Below the pieces are notes generated by a model. That model was not told where the DNA came from. It ran no database searches and saw nothing but the letters and a program-made list of their open reading frames with translations. 64,000 bases of DNA, from NCBI GenBank assembly GCA_034421295.1, contig DAOUKM010000019.1, forward strand, positions 257,611 through 321,610, in the 5' to 3' direction. Positions 25,607-35,890 of this stretch are shown here, piece by piece. Made by a program: the position numbers and the translations under genes. Every line of letters starts with the position of its first letter. Within the stretch, counting starts at the first letter, position 1. This stretch comes from Dehalococcoidia bacterium. Lineage in GTDB: Bacteria; Chloroflexota; Dehalococcoidia; Lucifugimonadales; UBA2962.

Positions 25607-26466
25607 GCGGCCTCCACAGCTTCCGATGGCCCTCGCCTGAGCAGTATCTCGTGCACGGCGGCTCCCACTGGACCGCCGATGAGTGGGCCGACGATGTACA
25701 CCCAAAAGCCATATTGCGGCCCGGGGATCGCTATCGATCCCCATCCCGCCGCCAAGGCCACTAGGCGAGGTCCGAAATCTCTGGCAGGATTCCAGCCGGC
25801 CTGGGTCAGTGGAGCGAACAGGCTGATAAGAATCGCAACGGTGAAGCCTATGAATAGGGGCGTCATGCGTCCCGGTGAAAAACCGCCTGCGCGCTTGTCA
25901 ACGAGGCTGAAGATCAGAAGCACGAGGATGCCGGTGCCGAAGGCCTCCACGACCATCGCCCCGACCGGCGAGATCAGATCTTGGGCCGCGGCACCGGTGC
26001 CGAAGACGTCCGGATTGGGAAAGTACTCTCCGAATACCATGGCGGAATGCTGGCTGCCCGGCTCACCCCTGACGAGGCCGTTCGCGGCCTCGAAACGGCC
26101 GATGAAGTTTCCGAACAGCCACCAGATGGTCGCGCCGGCCATAACCCCCCCGGCCATCTGTGAAAGCCAGTAGAGGGGAAGCCTGCGCGCGGGGAACTCC
26201 TTGGGCCTAAAGATCGCGAATGCGAGGCTGACGGCAGGATTCAGGTGTGCCCCCGAGAGCGCCGCCGTCGCGTATATTGCGAGAGCGACGCCGAAGCCCC
26301 ATACTGCGGCCACCTGCCACAGGCCGACCTGGGCCCCTGTGATGACGGCAGCGGCTACGGAACCGGTGCCGAACAGCACGAGCAGGTATGTGCCCACGGT
26401 CTCCCCGGCGGCCATCCTAAGGTGCTCCAGCTCAGGTTTGATCATCTTCACCTCCTTCAGATCCAA
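25603..26466 (-). CDS. MIP-family channel (GlpF-like aquaglyceroporin)
   Basis: Two NPA boxes: GAHLNPAVS and GWNPARDFGPR (the NPARDFGP form is typical of glycerol facilitators); six TM segments; possible later start at the MIKPE codon. Confidence 0.85.
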   Translation of the reverse strand: MDLKEVKMIKPELEHLRMAAGETVGTYLLVLFGTGSVAAAVITGAQVGLWQVAAVWGFGVALAIYATAALSGAHLNPAVSLAFAIFRPKEFPARRLPLYWLSQMAGGVMAGATIWWLFGNFIGRFEAANGLVRGEPGSQHSAMVFGEYFPNPDVFGTGAAAQDLISPVGAMVVEAFGTGILVLLIFSLVDKRAGGFSPGRMTPLFIGFTVAILISLFAPLTQAGWNPARDFGPRLVALAAGWGSIAIPGPQYGFWVYIVGPLIGGPVGAAVHEILLRRGPSEAVEAA

Positions 26467-26700
26467 CGTAGGCCCAGTTTTTCTGCAAAGTCAACCTGGC
26501 CGAAGGGATCCATGAAGGGGCCGCAGGGGCCGAATCCGGCCAAGTAGATCCATTGCCCGTCCCGACCATTACGGACTCGGGAGCAGTGGACAATACTGGC
26601 GCGTACGCCGATAGGGCCGATAAAATAGCGCCCCGATGACTGGCGCGGGAGACACGATGATCGAGCAAGAAGGTAAGGACATGGGCGCGGTGGAATCCGA

Positions 26701-28488
26701 ATGTTGTCGGACCAAACCTTCGTTTTTGCCGTCATCGGTGCGGCGCTGGTGCTCTTTCTGTGGGGGCGCTGGCGCTTTGATGTCGTTGCGCTACTCACGC
26801 TACTTGTCCTTGTAATCTCAGGCATCGTTCCGCCGGAGACGGCGTTCTCGGGGCTTGGTCACCCCGCCGTCGTCACCGTGGCCGCAGTCCTGGTTGCCGG
26901 TCGAAGTCTGGCCAATTCCGGGGTCGCCGAATTTATCAGCCGCAGGCTGGCTGCGCTCGGCGATGGGCGCCTCGTTCAACTCATCGCCATGACCTGCCTG
27001 ACGGTCCTGTTGTCGGCGTTCATGAACAACGTGGGGGCGTTGGTCCTGATGATGCCCGTGGCCATCGAGACCGCCCGTCGGACAGGCCTATCGCCTTCGC
27101 GCATACTTATGCCGCTTGCGTTCGGCTCGCTGTTGGGCGGCCTTCTGACCGTCATCGGCACACCGCCAAACATCGTCATAGCCACGTTCAGGGCAGAGAC
27201 CGGTCAAGACCCCTTCCGAATGTTTGACTTCCTGCCGGTGGGCATCGCAGTCGCAGCGGTTGGGATCATCTTCATCGTGCTGCTGGGCTGGCGTCTTATA
27301 CCCAGGCGCCGATCCCGCGCTCTGGATCCGCAGGCCTTCAGCATCCAGGAGTACCTTGCCGAAGTAAGCGTGCCGGCCGGCGCGCGCATGGCCGGCCGGC
27401 TGCTCGGTGAGATCAAGAACGCGATGGACGCGGATTTCGGCGTCGTCGGCCTCATCCGCGATGAGAGGCGCTTTGAGGCTCCATCCACCCTCCAGGAGAT
27501 CAGGGCTGGCGACGTCCTGATAGTGAAGGCAGATCCCAAGGTCCTAGACGAATTGATGGCGGTATCGGGTTTTGAGATGGCCGGCAGCGACGGTTCGGCC
27601 TCGCGCTCCGGCCATGGGGGCGAGATAGTGGTCCTGGAGGCCGTCGTCGCCCCCGATTCCGATCTCGAAGGGCGAACGCCCTCCGATATCGGGATGCTGG
27701 CCAGATACGGAATCAACCTGCTTGCTATAGCCCGTGGCGGCGAGCGGATCCAGGAGCGGCTGGGCGACGTCAGGTTGACCGTCGGGGACGTCCTGCTGCT
27801 TCAGGGGCGCTCGGATGCGGTGATGGAGGGACTGAGCCGCATGGGAGGACTGCCCCTGGTCGAACGAGATCTGGGGCTCGGGAGGCCCAGGCCCAGGCCG
27901 ATCATAACCGTTGCCATCTTTGGCCTTGCTATAGGGCTGACAGCCAGCGGAGTGCTCTCGGTCCAGGTTGCCTTCGTCGGAGCGGCCCTGCTGATGGCCG
28001 TCTCCGGCGCCGTTACCCTGCGCGAGGCTTATGAGAGCGTTAACTGGCCCATAATCATCCTGCTCGGGGCGATGATTCCTATTGAGGGTGCTCTCGTTAG
28101 CACGGGTGGTTCCGGGACGATTGCAGGGTTCTTAAATGCGGCCGGTGGCGACACGCCCGACTACCTGATCCTGCTCATCGTGCTGGCGGGTACCATGGTC
28201 CTTTCCGGGATCGTCAACAATACGGCGGCAGCGGTCATCATGGCGCCGATCGCGATCGACATCGCAAGAGATCTGGGTGTCAGCGTCGACCCATTCCTGA
28301 TGGCGGTCGCCGTGGGCGCTTCGGCCGCGTTCCTGACGCCGATAGGCCATCAGTCCAACACCCTGGTGATGGGCCCCGGAGGATATCGGTTCGCCGACTA
28401 CTGGAGGATGGGGCTGCCGCTTTCGATTCTGGTGGGTGCTGTGGCGGTGCCGGTGATCTTGGTTGTTTGGCCGCTCGGGGGGACCTAG
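26701..28488 (+). CDS. SLC13/DASS-family anion permease with two central TrkA-C domains
   Basis: 595 aa; N- and C-terminal TM bundles with SAFMNNVG / NNTAAAVIMAPI repeats, flanking two TrkA_C-like soluble segments (LAEV.VP.G....G..L.E.....D..V.GL.R). Confidence 0.85.
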   Translation: MLSDQTFVFAVIGAALVLFLWGRWRFDVVALLTLLVLVISGIVPPETAFSGLGHPAVVTVAAVLVAGRSLANSGVAEFISRRLAALGDGRLVQLIAMTCLTVLLSAFMNNVGALVLMMPVAIETARRTGLSPSRILMPLAFGSLLGGLLTVIGTPPNIVIATFRAETGQDPFRMFDFLPVGIAVAAVGIIFIVLLGWRLIPRRRSRALDPQAFSIQEYLAEVSVPAGARMAGRLLGEIKNAMDADFGVVGLIRDERRFEAPSTLQEIRAGDVLIVKADPKVLDELMAVSGFEMAGSDGSASRSGHGGEIVVLEAVVAPDSDLEGRTPSDIGMLARYGINLLAIARGGERIQERLGDVRLTVGDVLLLQGRSDAVMEGLSRMGGLPLVERDLGLGRPRPRPIITVAIFGLAIGLTASGVLSVQVAFVGAALLMAVSGAVTLREAYESVNWPIIILLGAMIPIEGALVSTGGSGTIAGFLNAAGGDTPDYLILLIVLAGTMVLSGIVNNTAAAVIMAPIAIDIARDLGVSVDPFLMAVAVGASAAFLTPIGHQSNTLVMGPGGYRFADYWRMGLPLSILVGAVAVPVILVVWPLGGT

Positions 28489-28535
28489 CGGGTTCTTTGC
28501 CGGCCAGGCACGCCTGGTCCCGAATCTACGGTCGG

Positions 28536-29159
28536 CTACTGGATGTGGCTCGCTGACGGTCCTCTCCGAGCGTTGTGGGAGCCAACCAGCTTCCTAAAGC
28601 GCTCCAGATAGGAAGCGTCGCCAATGACTCCAGTGGTCATGATCACGGCGTCCTCCCGGTTGTCGGAATAGTACGCTCTGCGTCTTCCCCGCTCCGTGAA
28701 CCCGTATTTGGTGTACAGGTTGCGGGCGATGTAATTGGACTCGCGCACCTCCAGCGTCACCGTGGTCGAGCGGCGCTCAAGCGCCTGTTCGATGGCCGAG
28801 ATCAACAGAAGTTCCCCGATACCGCGACCACGGTGCTCAGCGAGAACTCCGAGATTGACCACGTGGGCTTCGTCCGCCATGTACCAAATGCCGATGAAGC
28901 CCACCGTTCTGCCACCGTCCTCTCCGACGCTGGTTGTGCGTTCTGGGGGCTCCGTTTGATCCCTCTTTGTGATCGCCCCGGTTCGATGTCTTCCCTGCGG
29001 CTCTACCCCGATCGAATCTGCTACGAGGTAGCTTGCCATGCGATTGTCAAGTTCCCTTCGAAACGAAGTGGGCGGAAAGAGTGTGGGCAGGGCCTCACGT
29101 TCTACCAGTGCGCAGCGCAGGACATCGGCATTAGTCATTGGTCTGACTAGGTAAGCCAT
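28536..29159 (-). CDS. rimI: GNAT N-acetyltransferase, RimI-like (ribosomal-protein-alanine acetyltransferase)
   Basis: Track ORF 28536..29234. ATG 29159 opens MAYLVRPMTNADV. HRGRGIGELLL acetyl-CoA motif. A ~40-aa charged insertion is present. TATATA (29166-29171, - strand) lies 6 nt upstream, so possibly leaderless. Confidence 0.7.
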   Translation of the reverse strand: MAYLVRPMTNADVLRCALVEREALPTLFPPTSFRRELDNRMASYLVADSIGVEPQGRHRTGAITKRDQTEPPERTTSVGEDGGRTVGFIGIWYMADEAHVVNLGVLAEHRGRGIGELLLISAIEQALERRSTTVTLEVRESNYIARNLYTKYGFTERGRRRAYYSDNREDAVIMTTGVIGDASYLERFRKLVGSHNARRGPSASHIQ

Positions 29160-29245
29160 ATCAGGTATATAGGGTCGGTGGCCGCGCAACCGGTCAATTG
29201 CCCGGTTCCGGCCGCGCCGATCGGCAGCGTCCACCTTTGGGCGGA

Positions 29246-29283
29246 GAACTAACTTCGTGCCCGAATCGTACGTTAACTATAAT
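29246..29283 (+). promoter_or_regulatory. Candidate promoters of the ECF sigma gene: ECF-like GAAC-N17-CGTA and a TATAAT box
   Basis: GAAC 29246-29249, CGTA 29267-29270 (and CGTT 29271-29274), TATAAT 29278-29283; the GTG start at 29321 is preceded by GAGGAGG. Confidence 0.3.
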
Positions 29284-29320
29284 TGCAGTAGATCGTAGTC
29301 TAGTAGAGGAGGTCAAAACG

Positions 29321-29911
29321 GTGAGCGCCGACAGGTCGCCTTCCAATGAGCGCATCGAGGCTCTGGTAAGGCGCGCCCAGCGCGGTGAGAAGGCCGCTTT
29401 CGAGACGCTCTACGACCTCTTCTACGATAAGGTCTTTCGCTACCTGTCGTTCAAGACAGGCGACGCAATGCTGGCCGAGGATCTCGCAGAGGACGTTTTC
29501 ATCCGCATGCTGACGTCCATCGGCAGCTACGAGCACCGGGGACATCCCTTCTCCTCCTGGCTATTCCGCATAGCCCACAATCTCGCGGTCGATCACTTCC
29601 GCAGGCAAGGGCGCCAGAAGACAGTATCGCTCGAAAAGGTGTCTTCGGTGGTTGGACAGTCCGGTGTCGATCTCGACAAGTACGTGCAGACAAAGCTGAC
29701 CATGAGGGAGGTCAATAAGGCGATGGAGGGTCTTACCGACCTACAGCGTCAGGTGATCTCCATGAGGTTCGCCGGAGAGCTTTCGGTCAGGGAGACGGCC
29801 TTGGCCCTCGGGCGAAAGGAGAACGCCATCAAGGCACTCCAGCACGCCGGGATAAAGAAGCTACGCCGCATCCTGATGCCGGCAGGCAGTCCTTCTCATC
29901 AGCACATCTAG
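29321..29911 (+). CDS. ECF-type RNA polymerase sigma factor (sigma-70 family)
   Basis: Track ORF 29198..29911; GTG 29321 follows GAGGAGG (29305-29311). Region 2 (FETLYDLFYDKVFRYL..DLAEDVFIRML) and region 4 HTH (LSVRETALALGRKENAIKALQHAGIKKLR). Confidence 0.85.
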   Translation: MSADRSPSNERIEALVRRAQRGEKAAFETLYDLFYDKVFRYLSFKTGDAMLAEDLAEDVFIRMLTSIGSYEHRGHPFSSWLFRIAHNLAVDHFRRQGRQKTVSLEKVSSVVGQSGVDLDKYVQTKLTMREVNKAMEGLTDLQRQVISMRFAGELSVRETALALGRKENAIKALQHAGIKKLRRILMPAGSPSHQHI

Positions 29912-29922
29912 CTAAAGGTCAT

Positions 29923-30807
29923 ATGGATCCTTTCGAGATCGACAGGGAACTCGACGAGGTCTTCGATGCCTGCCTCGACCGCATGGCCGAGGGCCAGAGC
30001 ATCGAGGAGTGCCTTCGCGATTTCGCCGGCCACAAAGAGCGATTACTACCCTTGTTGGAGGCCGCGCAGGCCACCCTATCGGCCGCCTCTGCGGTAGAGC
30101 CATCAAGTGCCGCAAGGATCCGGGGCAGGGGCAGGCTCCGCGAGCGGCTCGATGCCGCACCTCCGATTCACTCGCCTTCATGGTGGCGGCGTTTGCGAAT
30201 ACCCAGACCGGTGGCCGTTCCCATGACCGCCGCGCTGGCGATTGCACTGATTGTTCTTGGTGGCGGAAGCATCGCAGCGGTCGTGGCCGAAGACTCTGTT
30301 CCCGGAGACAATCTCTACTGGGTTAAGCGCACCAAGGAGAGCCTGGTGCTGACGCTCTCGCGCTCTGACACGGGTAAGGCACAGACCCATGCCGAATTGG
30401 CGGGTGTGCGCGGCGAGGAGATGCGCAAGCTTATCGAACAGGGCAGAATCGCCGCTGCTGAAAGGCATCTGGCGTCCGTACACCAGCATCTCCGGGCTTC
30501 GGCGGAGCACGTAGGCGTGGTGGTAACCTTGAACCGAATCGAGATGCCTTCAGCTCCCATCGCAATCGAGGGCACCGCGGAGCTGGTCGCATTGGTGGTG
30601 ACGCTCGAGAGGGACGGCGAACTGCTGAGAATCAATCCAATTCATGTCCGCGGCGCGGCGTTGCCAGAACAGCGACAGCGCATTGAACGAATAAAGAGGG
30701 AATTCGAACTCTCGTACAGGGCGTTGGTCTCGGCCCTTTACCCTGACGTCCTGTCAGGCCCCTTCTGGCGCGTCGAGACTATCGGCATCCAGTCCTCGAT
30801 TCGATAG
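29923..30807 (+). CDS. Putative anti-sigma factor, single-pass membrane protein with DUF5667-like extracytoplasmic domain
   Basis: Immediately downstream of the sigma gene. N-terminal CL..M.EGQSIEECL segment, one TM (VAVPMTAALAIALIVLGGGSIAAVVA), helical C-terminal domain. Confidence 0.5.
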   Translation: MDPFEIDRELDEVFDACLDRMAEGQSIEECLRDFAGHKERLLPLLEAAQATLSAASAVEPSSAARIRGRGRLRERLDAAPPIHSPSWWRRLRIPRPVAVPMTAALAIALIVLGGGSIAAVVAEDSVPGDNLYWVKRTKESLVLTLSRSDTGKAQTHAELAGVRGEEMRKLIEQGRIAAAERHLASVHQHLRASAEHVGVVVTLNRIEMPSAPIAIEGTAELVALVVTLERDGELLRINPIHVRGAALPEQRQRIERIKREFELSYRALVSALYPDVLSGPFWRVETIGIQSSIR

Positions 30808-30837
30808 CCGTCGCCTGAGGCGACCGATCGGGTCTGC

Positions 30838-32640
30838 ATGGATACTGTCCTCAGGATAACGCGCGCCTTGCTGCGCTACCGCAAGCTGGTTGCTGCGGTC
30901 TATCTGGCCACTCTGGCGGCAACCGCTGCGCAGTTGCTCCTGCCACGCTTTCTCGGAGGCGCGGTCGATCGCCTCTCGGATGCTGTTGCGGGCAAGGGGC
31001 TGGATGAGGGTGCCATACTTGTCATCGCCATCTGGCTGGTGGTCCTGAGCGTCCTCCGCGGAACCTTCTCATACGTGCAGACCTATCTGGGTGAGGCCGT
31101 ATCCCAGAACGTTGCCTACGATCTGCGCAACTCCTTCTACCGCCAGGTCCAAGACCAGAGCTTCTCCTTCCACGACCGCCATCACACTGGCAATCTGATG
31201 TCCCGGGCGGTCAACGATGTGGAGAACATCCGCCTCTTTATCTTCATGGGCTTGCTCAGAGCGCCGTTCTACCTCATCCAGTTCGTGGCCGTGGCCGTCA
31301 TCCTGCTCGTGCTCGACTGGCGTCTCGGCCTACTGAGTGTCCTCCTAATGCCTCTCGTCGTATCCCTCTCACTGGGTGTGAGGTCCAAGATGCGGGACCT
31401 GTGGCAGCGCATACAGGAGCACATGGCGGACCTGAGTACCGTCTTACAGGAGAACCTGACCGGGGTGAGGGTGGTGCGTGCCTTTGGAGCCGAGCGCCAC
31501 GAGGAGGCCAGGTTCGACCTGGTCAACCAAAAGGTTGCGCGGGACAACGTTCGAGCGACCGCCCTAAGGACCCGGAGCATCTCTCTTACCGTCTTCGGCT
31601 TCATGATGACCATGGTGGCGATCATCGGGTTCGGAGGCTACCTGGTGGTCCGGGGCGACATCAGCCCGGGTGAGCTGGCGCAGTTCATCTTTTTCATGCA
31701 GACGATGATGATGCCGGTACGCATGGTGGGCTGGATAATCAATACCGCTGCCCGGGGCATTGCTGCAGGCCAAAGGATGTTCGAGATCCTGGATGGTCGG
31801 CCTGCCGTAGTCGACCGGGCCGGTGCCGTCGACCTCGGGAGGGCGAAGGGCCTGGTGCGCTTCGAGGGCGTTAGCTTCGGCTACGAGGCGGATAGACCGG
31901 TTCTGAACGCCATAGACCTTGAGGTGGAGCCGGGGCAGGTGGTGGCCATCATGGGCGCTCCCGGTTCCGGAAAGAGCACCTTGGTCAGCTTGCTTCCACG
32001 CTTTTACGATGTCTCTTCAGGGCGCATCACCATCGACGGCACGGATGTGCGGAATGTAGCGATAAGCTCGTTGCGGTCCAACATAGGCATCGTCCAGCAG
32101 GACGTGTTCCTCTTCTCAGGGTCCTTGGGCGAGAACATAGCCTACGGGCACGTGGGCGCGACCCCGGAGGAGCTTTCTCGTGTGGTCGAGTTGGCGATGC
32201 TTGCCGATTTCGTGGACAGCCTGGAGGCCGGGCTGGACACTCAGGTGGCCGAGCGGGGAGCGTCGCTGTCCGGTGGTCAACGCCAGCGGGTGGCCATCGC
32301 CAGAACGCTTCTGCTCAACCCGCCCCTGCTGATACTGGATGACTCGACGTCGAGTGTGGATGCCGATACCGAGCATCAACTGCGCCGCGCTCTGGAGACG
32401 GTCATGAGGGGGAGAACGACCTTTGTGACTGCCCATCGCCTTAGCACGGTGGAGCGGGCGGACCTGGTAGTGGTGCTGGACGGTGGACGAATCGTGGAGC
32501 TTGGCACGCATGGCGAGCTGCTGGAGTCCGGCGGGATCTACCGGCGGTTGTTCGATCTCCACCTTCGGCCCCACGACGAGGCGAGTTGGCGGGGTTCTTT
32601 GGCCAACCCGCATCCGGGTTACGGGAGCGCTCGGACATGA
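30838..32640 (+). CDS. ABC exporter, fused permease/ATPase (MdlA/MsbA-like half transporter)
   Basis: Six TM + NBD; Walker A GAPGSGKST, signature LSGGQRQR, Walker B LLILDD. Confidence 0.9.
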   Translation: MDTVLRITRALLRYRKLVAAVYLATLAATAAQLLLPRFLGGAVDRLSDAVAGKGLDEGAILVIAIWLVVLSVLRGTFSYVQTYLGEAVSQNVAYDLRNSFYRQVQDQSFSFHDRHHTGNLMSRAVNDVENIRLFIFMGLLRAPFYLIQFVAVAVILLVLDWRLGLLSVLLMPLVVSLSLGVRSKMRDLWQRIQEHMADLSTVLQENLTGVRVVRAFGAERHEEARFDLVNQKVARDNVRATALRTRSISLTVFGFMMTMVAIIGFGGYLVVRGDISPGELAQFIFFMQTMMMPVRMVGWIINTAARGIAAGQRMFEILDGRPAVVDRAGAVDLGRAKGLVRFEGVSFGYEADRPVLNAIDLEVEPGQVVAIMGAPGSGKSTLVSLLPRFYDVSSGRITIDGTDVRNVAISSLRSNIGIVQQDVFLFSGSLGENIAYGHVGATPEELSRVVELAMLADFVDSLEAGLDTQVAERGASLSGGQRQRVAIARTLLLNPPLLILDDSTSSVDADTEHQLRRALETVMRGRTTFVTAHRLSTVERADLVVVLDGGRIVELGTHGELLESGGIYRRLFDLHLRPHDEASWRGSLANPHPGYGSART

Positions 32641-34442
32641 TGGCAGGGTGGATGCTGGGCGGCTCTACAGGTGCTCAGGGCGATGAGGAGGTCTTCGGAA
32701 GCGTCTATGACCAGCGTGTGGTGTCACGCATGCTGGGCTACGTAAAGCCCTACAGGCGAGAGTTAGCGATTGCTATCGTGGCGATGCTGGCCTTCACGGC
32801 GTCGCTGGCCGCAGTCCCCTGGGTCATCAAGGTAGCGATTGATGACTTCATAGCAAAGGGCGATCTGGGCGGTCTGTGGTGGGTGGTGGCAGTGTTCGTC
32901 GGCCTGGCGTCGATCAACTGGGGCGCGAACTACCTGCAGCAAACGGCGATGGAGCGGGTGGGACAAGGACTCCTGCGCGCCCTGCGCAGGGACATGTTCG
33001 TCCACCTTCAGCGCCAATCGGTCGCTTTCTTCAACCGCACCGAGGCGGGAAGGCTGATCTCTCGGGTCATCGGCGATGTTGGCCAGATGCAGGAGTTGAC
33101 CTCCATAGTCGTGATGACACTGGGAGACCTTGTGAGCCTGGTGTTCATAATCGGCGCCGTGCTCGCCCTCGACGTGCGGCTCGGACTGATCTCGATGGCT
33201 ACTCTCCCGGTTCTTGTACTGGTGGTCGCGTTCTGGCAGCCGTTTGCCAAGCGCGAGTTCCTCAGGGTCCGCCATGCGATCTCGGTCGTAAACGCCGACC
33301 TGAACGAGAATCTGGCCGGCGTGCGTGTTGTGCAGTCTATGAATCGGCAGTCCGTCAATCTCGACCGCTTCGAGAGGAAGAACCGACACCATCTGGACGC
33401 TAACAAGGTCGCAAGCAGGTGGTCCGCGGGTCTCCTACCTTCCGTCGACGCATTGACCGGCGTCGCGATAGGCCTGGTGGTCTTTTTCGGAAGCCGTATG
33501 GTTTCCGGCGGGGCCATAGAGGTCGGCGCGCTTATCGCATACGTCCTCTACATCCAGCGCTTCTTCGATCCAGTTCGAAGTCTCACTATGCAGTACACGC
33601 AGCTGCAGCGCTCAATGACCTCCGGCGCTCGCATCTTCGACCTTCTAGACGCGCGGCCTGAGGTCGTAGATGCTCCCGGCGCCCCCGACCTTGGTGAAAT
33701 GAAGGGAAGGGTGGAATTCAGGGGAGTGAGCTTTTCCTACGAGTCCGGCACAGACGTACTTGACCGGGTCAGTTTCATCGCAGAGCCGGGCGAGGCCGTG
33801 GCGATCGTTGGGCCCTCCGGTGCCGGGAAGACCACCTTGGTGTCGCTGCTCGCCCGGTTTGCCGACGTTGACAGAGGAAGGGGAGTCATAGAGGTCGACG
33901 GTCGGGATCTTAGGGAGGTAACGCGCCTGTCAATCGTTTCCCAGATGAGCATGGTGCTGCAGGAACCCTTCCTGTTCTCAGGTACCGTCCGAGAGAACAT
34001 CAAGTTCAGCCGCCCCGGCATCACTGATGAGCGCATGATCGAATCGGCCAGGGCGGTCGGCGCCCACGAGTTCATATCGGCCCTGCCGGACGGGTACGAT
34101 ACCCGGATTGCCGAGCTGGGCATGAACCTGAGCCTGGGTCAGCGACAGCTCATTAGCTTCGCCCGCGCCCTTGTCGCCGATCCCCGCATCCTCGTTCTGG
34201 ACGAGGCGACGGCGTCGGTTGATAGCGAGACTGAGGTGCAGATACAGAACGCGCTCAGTGTCCTGCTGAAGGGTCGCACCGCCATCTTGATCGCCCACCG
34301 CCTCTCCACCATCAGGCATGCCGGGCGCATATTGGTCATGGACAAGGGAAGGATTGTAGAGGAGGGGGACCATTACCAATTGATGGAATCCGGGGGCCTT
34401 TACGCGCGCCTATATCGCCTAAACCAGATCAGGGCCAGCTAG
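32637..34442 (+). CDS. ABC exporter, fused permease/ATPase (MdlB-like partner)
   Basis: Track ORF 32586..34442; ATG 32637 forms an ATGA overlap with the upstream stop. Walker A GPSGAGKTT, signature LSLGQRQL, Walker B ILVLDE. Confidence 0.9.
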   Translation: MMAGWMLGGSTGAQGDEEVFGSVYDQRVVSRMLGYVKPYRRELAIAIVAMLAFTASLAAVPWVIKVAIDDFIAKGDLGGLWWVVAVFVGLASINWGANYLQQTAMERVGQGLLRALRRDMFVHLQRQSVAFFNRTEAGRLISRVIGDVGQMQELTSIVVMTLGDLVSLVFIIGAVLALDVRLGLISMATLPVLVLVVAFWQPFAKREFLRVRHAISVVNADLNENLAGVRVVQSMNRQSVNLDRFERKNRHHLDANKVASRWSAGLLPSVDALTGVAIGLVVFFGSRMVSGGAIEVGALIAYVLYIQRFFDPVRSLTMQYTQLQRSMTSGARIFDLLDARPEVVDAPGAPDLGEMKGRVEFRGVSFSYESGTDVLDRVSFIAEPGEAVAIVGPSGAGKTTLVSLLARFADVDRGRGVIEVDGRDLREVTRLSIVSQMSMVLQEPFLFSGTVRENIKFSRPGITDERMIESARAVGAHEFISALPDGYDTRIAELGMNLSLGQRQLISFARALVADPRILVLDEATASVDSETEVQIQNALSVLLKGRTAILIAHRLSTIRHAGRILVMDKGRIVEEGDHYQLMESGGLYARLYRLNQIRAS

Positions 34443-34467
34443 GATCGCTGCGCGGGGATTCGACCGG

Positions 34468-34497
34468 GGACGGGCCCGTCCGGGCCGGTGCTATAAT
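34468..34497 (+). promoter_or_regulatory. Extended -10 promoter TGCTATAAT preceded by 14-bp palindrome GGACGGGCCCGTCC
   Basis: Palindrome 34468-34481; TATAAT 34492-34497 with TG at 34489-34490; GAGGAG 34513-34518; ATG 34526. Confidence 0.4.
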
Positions 34498-34525
34498 CCC
34501 GGCCACGAAAGCGAGGAGACGCCTG

Positions 34526-35812
34526 ATGAGCACCATTACGGAGCGCTTTTTCGAGCTCCATCCCAAGTCCGCCGCCCTAGCTGACCGCGGGCGACGACTC
34601 TTCCCGGATGGTGTAACCCACGATATACGCCGGTTTGATCCATTCACCATGTACATGGACCGCGGCGCTGGCCCGCGTAAGTGGGACATCGACGGCAATG
34701 AGTACATCGACTATCGGACGGGCCACGGATCGATGATTCTTGGTCAGGCCAATCCCCGCGTCGTTGAGGCCGTCTCAGCAGCGATTGCCAGGGGCACGCA
34801 TCTGTCAGCCTCATCCGAGATGGAGGTCCGCTGGGCCGAGCTGGTGCATGAGCTGGTTCCCTCCGCCGAAAAGATGCGCTTCCACAGTTCCGGAACCGAG
34901 GCGGTCATGATGGCATTCCGCATGGCCCGCACCTATACGGGAAAAGAGAAGATCGTAAAGTTCAAGGACGCCTTCCATGGCTGGGCGGACAATCCCTACG
35001 TCGGCACCGACACCGACCTGGGAGGAAACGGCATACCTCAGGGCGTGAGGGACACCATGATCCTTGTCGACTACGACCTGGATGAGGTGGAGGAGGCTCT
35101 CAAGTCCCACGATGATATAGCGGCCCTGATCTACCAGGGCAACATCGTGGTCAGGCCCGAATTCATCCAGGCCCTGCGAGAGTTGACGGCGCGCTACGGG
35201 GTTCTGTTCATTATTGACGAGGTCGTATCGGGCTTCCGCTGGTCGAAAGGTGGAAACCAGGGCCGCTATGGCGTGACGCCCGATCTGTCGACCATGGCCA
35301 AGATCCTCGCAGGAGGTCTGCCCGGTGGGGCTGTGGCCGGCCGTGCAGAGGTAATCGACACCATCGGAAAGGGCAAGATCGCTCATCCCGGAACATTCAA
35401 CGCGAACCCCCTTTCAGCCACCGCGGGTGCGACCGCGCTGCAGATCGTGCGCGATGAGCCTGTTCTCGAACGCGCTGACTCGATGGCCGAGCGGCTCAAG
35501 TCCGGTTTGAATGAGGTCCTGACCCGGAACGAGGTCCCGGGATTTGCCTACGGCGTCGCGTCAATCGTCAATACCGATCTGGGTGCCGAGCGCGATTTCG
35601 ATCCGGTCTTTGGCGGGACGGGAGAGGCCGCCGGAAACCCGTATCCGGCAGGGGTGCGTGCGGTGCTCGATCAGGGGATGATCAACAACGGCATCTACTG
35701 CCAGACCTCCAGCTTCATACTGTCCGCAACCCATTCCGAACAGGATGTCGACCGGACGATAGATGCCTTCGAGACAACCCTGCGACAGGCTAGAGAGCAG
35801 GGCACCATTTAG
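34526..35812 (+). CDS. Class-III PLP aminotransferase (glutamate-1-semialdehyde aminomutase-like)
   Basis: 428 aa; SGTEAVM.A.R.AR..TG, FIIDEVVSGFR, TMAKILAGGLP (PLP Lys region). Confidence 0.85.
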   Translation: MSTITERFFELHPKSAALADRGRRLFPDGVTHDIRRFDPFTMYMDRGAGPRKWDIDGNEYIDYRTGHGSMILGQANPRVVEAVSAAIARGTHLSASSEMEVRWAELVHELVPSAEKMRFHSSGTEAVMMAFRMARTYTGKEKIVKFKDAFHGWADNPYVGTDTDLGGNGIPQGVRDTMILVDYDLDEVEEALKSHDDIAALIYQGNIVVRPEFIQALRELTARYGVLFIIDEVVSGFRWSKGGNQGRYGVTPDLSTMAKILAGGLPGGAVAGRAEVIDTIGKGKIAHPGTFNANPLSATAGATALQIVRDEPVLERADSMAERLKSGLNEVLTRNEVPGFAYGVASIVNTDLGAERDFDPVFGGTGEAAGNPYPAGVRAVLDQGMINNGIYCQTSSFILSATHSEQDVDRTIDAFETTLRQAREQGTI

Positions 35813-35890
35813 CCGGCCTGCCCTACCTGGTGCCCGACTCCGGTGGGTGAGTGACGGTTATAATGACCGCCACTTAGCTGTGGATACTAG

